Source: a virus
Lineage: Duplodnaviria; Caudoviricetes
Reading direction: 5' to 3' (one strand)
Virus record (IMG/VR): IMGVR_UViG_3300030333_004437
Coordinates: 1-59,925 of that record
DNA length: 59,925 nucleotides
Shown here: one piece after another, positions 57,787 to 59,925 of the stretch
Numbering within the stretch: the stretch's first letter is position 1
Layout of the letters: each line of letters begins with the position of its first letter
Program-made: the position numbers and the translations under genes
The notes under the pieces: model-generated
What the model was told of the DNA's origin: nothing
Seen by the model: the letters and a program-made list of their open reading frames with translations, nothing else
The model's database searches: none

Positions 57787-58511
57787 TTAAATTAAAAGAT
57801 TTATTATCAGAGGGTATAAACGATCCTGGCATATTCAAAGCAGTATTTCTTGCTGGTGGTCCAGGTAGTGGAAAAACCTATGTTGTAAAACAACTATTTG
57901 GTATACCTGATAGATACAATATTTCTATGACCGGATTGAAAATGGTAAACTCTGATAAAGAGTTGAAATTTCTTTTAAACAAATACGGATTCGGTACAGA
58001 GTTAGATAAGATGCCTGCTGAAGTATTCAAAGACTTAACAGGTAAAGGTGGTAGTGGTTTAAGAGATTTTGGTAAATCACTTACCAAACAAAGAATGAAA
58101 TTATATCAACAAGGTAAGTTAGGTATGATTATTGACGGTACAGGTCACGACTTTGGTAAGATACAAAGAATGAAAAAAGAATTAGAGGATGATGGATACG
58201 ATACCTATATGGTATTTGTAAACACATCATTAGAGGTGGCACAGAAAAGAAATCAAGAAAGAGATAGAGTCTTACCAGCTAATATTGTAAAAGATTCTTG
58301 GACTGATGTGCAAAAAAACTTAGGTGCATTTCAAGCACTATTCCGAGGTAACTTTATGATTGTAGATAATTCCAAATTTTTAAAGCCAAAACAAGCGGAA
58401 CAAAAGTTCGCTAGTTTAGTTAAAAAAGGAATTAACCAATTTGTAAAAAAACCTATCAAAAACAAAATCGCAAAGATGTGGATTGAGAAGCAAAAACTTC
58501 TGAAAAAATAA
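57783..58511 (+). CDS. P-loop kinase (zeta-toxin/AAA_33-like) with MIKLKDLLSE tag
   Basis: AVFLAGGPGSGKT, NSD, IIDGTG and MVFVNTSLEVAQKRNQERDR motifs. Confidence 0.75.
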   Translation: MIKLKDLLSEGINDPGIFKAVFLAGGPGSGKTYVVKQLFGIPDRYNISMTGLKMVNSDKELKFLLNKYGFGTELDKMPAEVFKDLTGKGGSGLRDFGKSLTKQRMKLYQQGKLGMIIDGTGHDFGKIQRMKKELEDDGYDTYMVFVNTSLEVAQKRNQERDRVLPANIVKDSWTDVQKNLGAFQALFRGNFMIVDNSKFLKPKQAEQKFASLVKKGINQFVKKPIKNKIAKMWIEKQKLLKK

Positions 58512-58636
58512 TAACTTATTGTGAACTCAATCACCTATTAATCGTAATATATATAATATTTATATTGTGAAATAAAGTCTATACCTTTTAGTTCCAAAAG
58601 GGTTTCCTATTTTTAATATTTTAACGAGGGATTTTA

Positions 58637-59925
58637 ATGAGAAAATTCTTAGTTGGGTTGATATTGGCACTTAGTTTTGGTTATAGTCAGACACCTATAA
58701 TCAGACTACTTCAGTCAAAAACCTACGATACACCAATGTTTTGGTGGAGAGATACGGTAACTCATAACTTGAGAACGTACCTAGCAGATGATGCGTCTGC
58801 ACCAGCTTATAAGAATAACAACTTTGATGCTTGGAGAGATTCGGTAATGACAATGGCTGTTACACTTGATGATAACGGAGCAAGTGTTACTGCATTTCGT
58901 TTAGACATTGTATTTGATAATGATATTTTTACTTGGGGACACGATTCAACACGTGTAGAGAAAGGTGCGTATATTAATGGTTGGACTGAGGGTGATAGTT
59001 CAGCGGGTGCACATTATTCTTATGAAGTTGTTCATTACGCAAACGTTGGATATACAGATAGTTTGGATGCAGCAAATAATGAAATATCAGCTACAAACAA
59101 TCGTTATGATTGGTTGAGAATAACTATGGTATCTCACAATGGTAATGTCAAAACATTTGGTAATGGTAACGGAAACCAAACAGAATTATTAAAACTACAT
59201 TTCAAAGTAGATGATGTAGTTGATAACTTTGCACCCAAATCATTTAGAGTGGCTACAAAGTATGAAGGTAGCGCAGGATATTATACCTACCTAACCAATG
59301 GTAACTATGCTGTAAATTATAAAGTATATGTAGACGGTAATGTTGGAACCGAAACCGATGGTATAGGAAACACAAGAGGTGATATAACACTACATCCAAA
59401 ACTATTAGATGTTGAGGGTTATTTTAGATATGTTCAAGGTAAGGGTAGAGAAGCGGGTGCAGCATTTTCAACTGCAACAGAGAATACGTACCCATATTGG
59501 AAAGTAAAATTTGAGTTACACGAAAGAGCCAATGGTAAATCTAATTGGTTGAACTTACAGAATACAGGTAATGAATCAAGTGTAACTGATGAATCTACAA
59601 CCGATGATGTTATAGGAGATAACTCAACAACATTTACTTATGACTTGAAAGGAACGACAGGACAAGCTAATGTAACAGGTAACGGATTCTTAGGTATAAG
59701 TTACTATGATTCAACTTACACCGATGATAAAGGATACTTTAATATTCAGTTACCAAGAAACAACGATTATCGTGTTTCATTTTGGCCGCCTGATGATGAT
59801 GACGATATAGAAACACATACACCTAAAAAGTTTGATAGGTATGCTATTACAAATATCAATGACGCTATAGCATCATTCAACTTTCAATCAAATAAGTTCA
59901 AGAGTATTACAGGTGTGGATACACT
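58637..59925 (+). CDS. Secreted protein with cohesin-like domain, 3'-truncated by the window edge
   Basis: GAGGG RBS, signal peptide MRKFLVGLILALSFGYSQ, VTAFRLDIVFDN...ELLKLHFKV cohesin-like strands; frame appears open to the window end, so absent from the ORF track. Confidence 0.65.
   Translation, partial: MRKFLVGLILALSFGYSQTPIIRLLQSKTYDTPMFWWRDTVTHNLRTYLADDASAPAYKNNNFDAWRDSVMTMAVTLDDNGASVTAFRLDIVFDNDIFTWGHDSTRVEKGAYINGWTEGDSSAGAHYSYEVVHYANVGYTDSLDAANNEISATNNRYDWLRITMVSHNGNVKTFGNGNGNQTELLKLHFKVDDVVDNFAPKSFRVATKYEGSAGYYTYLTNGNYAVNYKVYVDGNVGTETDGIGNTRGDITLHPKLLDVEGYFRYVQGKGREAGAAFSTATENTYPYWKVKFELHERANGKSNWLNLQNTGNESSVTDESTTDDVIGDNSTTFTYDLKGTTGQANVTGNGFLGISYYDSTYTDDKGYFNIQLPRNNDYRVSFWPPDDDDDIETHTPKKFDRYAITNINDAIASFNFQSNKFKSITGVDT

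Noticed and set aside
420-58534. Numerous short minus-strand and out-of-frame ORFs in the track (e.g. 8506..9054, 25484..25882, 48711..49247)
   Set aside because: They are shadows of well-supported + strand genes, with no RBS or motifs; only 23344..23568 and 43191..43361 are accepted on the minus strand.
1-59925. CRISPR array, transposon/IS, integrase, intron/intein, diversity-generating retroelement
   Set aside because: No regularly spaced repeats, transposase, reverse transcriptase, or intein/homing endonuclease motifs noticed by eye.
1-59925. Alternative genetic code (stop-codon reassignment)
   Set aside because: Long ORFs tile the sequence under the standard code, and TAA, TAG and TGA all terminate genes at sensible boundaries.

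Overview
AT-rich, gene-dense segment of a large tailed dsDNA phage (distantly T4-like jumbo myovirus, probably aquatic). Almost all genes are on the + strand, use the standard genetic code and are led by Shine-Dalgarno sites. The first ~23 kb is an accessory/early region: Mom-like DNA modifiers, MoxR-type AAA ATPase, nucleotidase, thioredoxin, 2OG-Fe(II) oxygenases, Hsp20, J-domain protein, UvsE, peptide deformylase, putative capsid-packaged proteins, a DUF4338/Mom/glycosyltransferase/HD cluster and a gp55-like sigma factor. A baseplate/tail module follows (~23.7-38.3 kb), then resolvase, primase and a fused Mre11-Rad50 gene (38.8-43.2 kb), two giant tail-fibre/adhesin genes (43.4-55.9 kb), oxygenases, a GH108 endolysin, a P-loop kinase and a truncated secreted protein. 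The most notable signals are: (1) a ~450-nt non-coding element at 6.04-6.50 kb with many stems, GNRA tetraloops and apparent pseudoknots, a candidate large ornate ncRNA; (2) a shared N-terminal MIKLKxLLxE tag on four unrelated proteins, plus ES(V/I)xE-punctuated modular proteins, suggesting a capsid-loading and proteolytic-release effector system; (3) apparent near-total avoidance of CATG; (4) a TATTTATA late-promoter candidate. All functional calls are from motif recognition by eye; no searches or folding programs were run.
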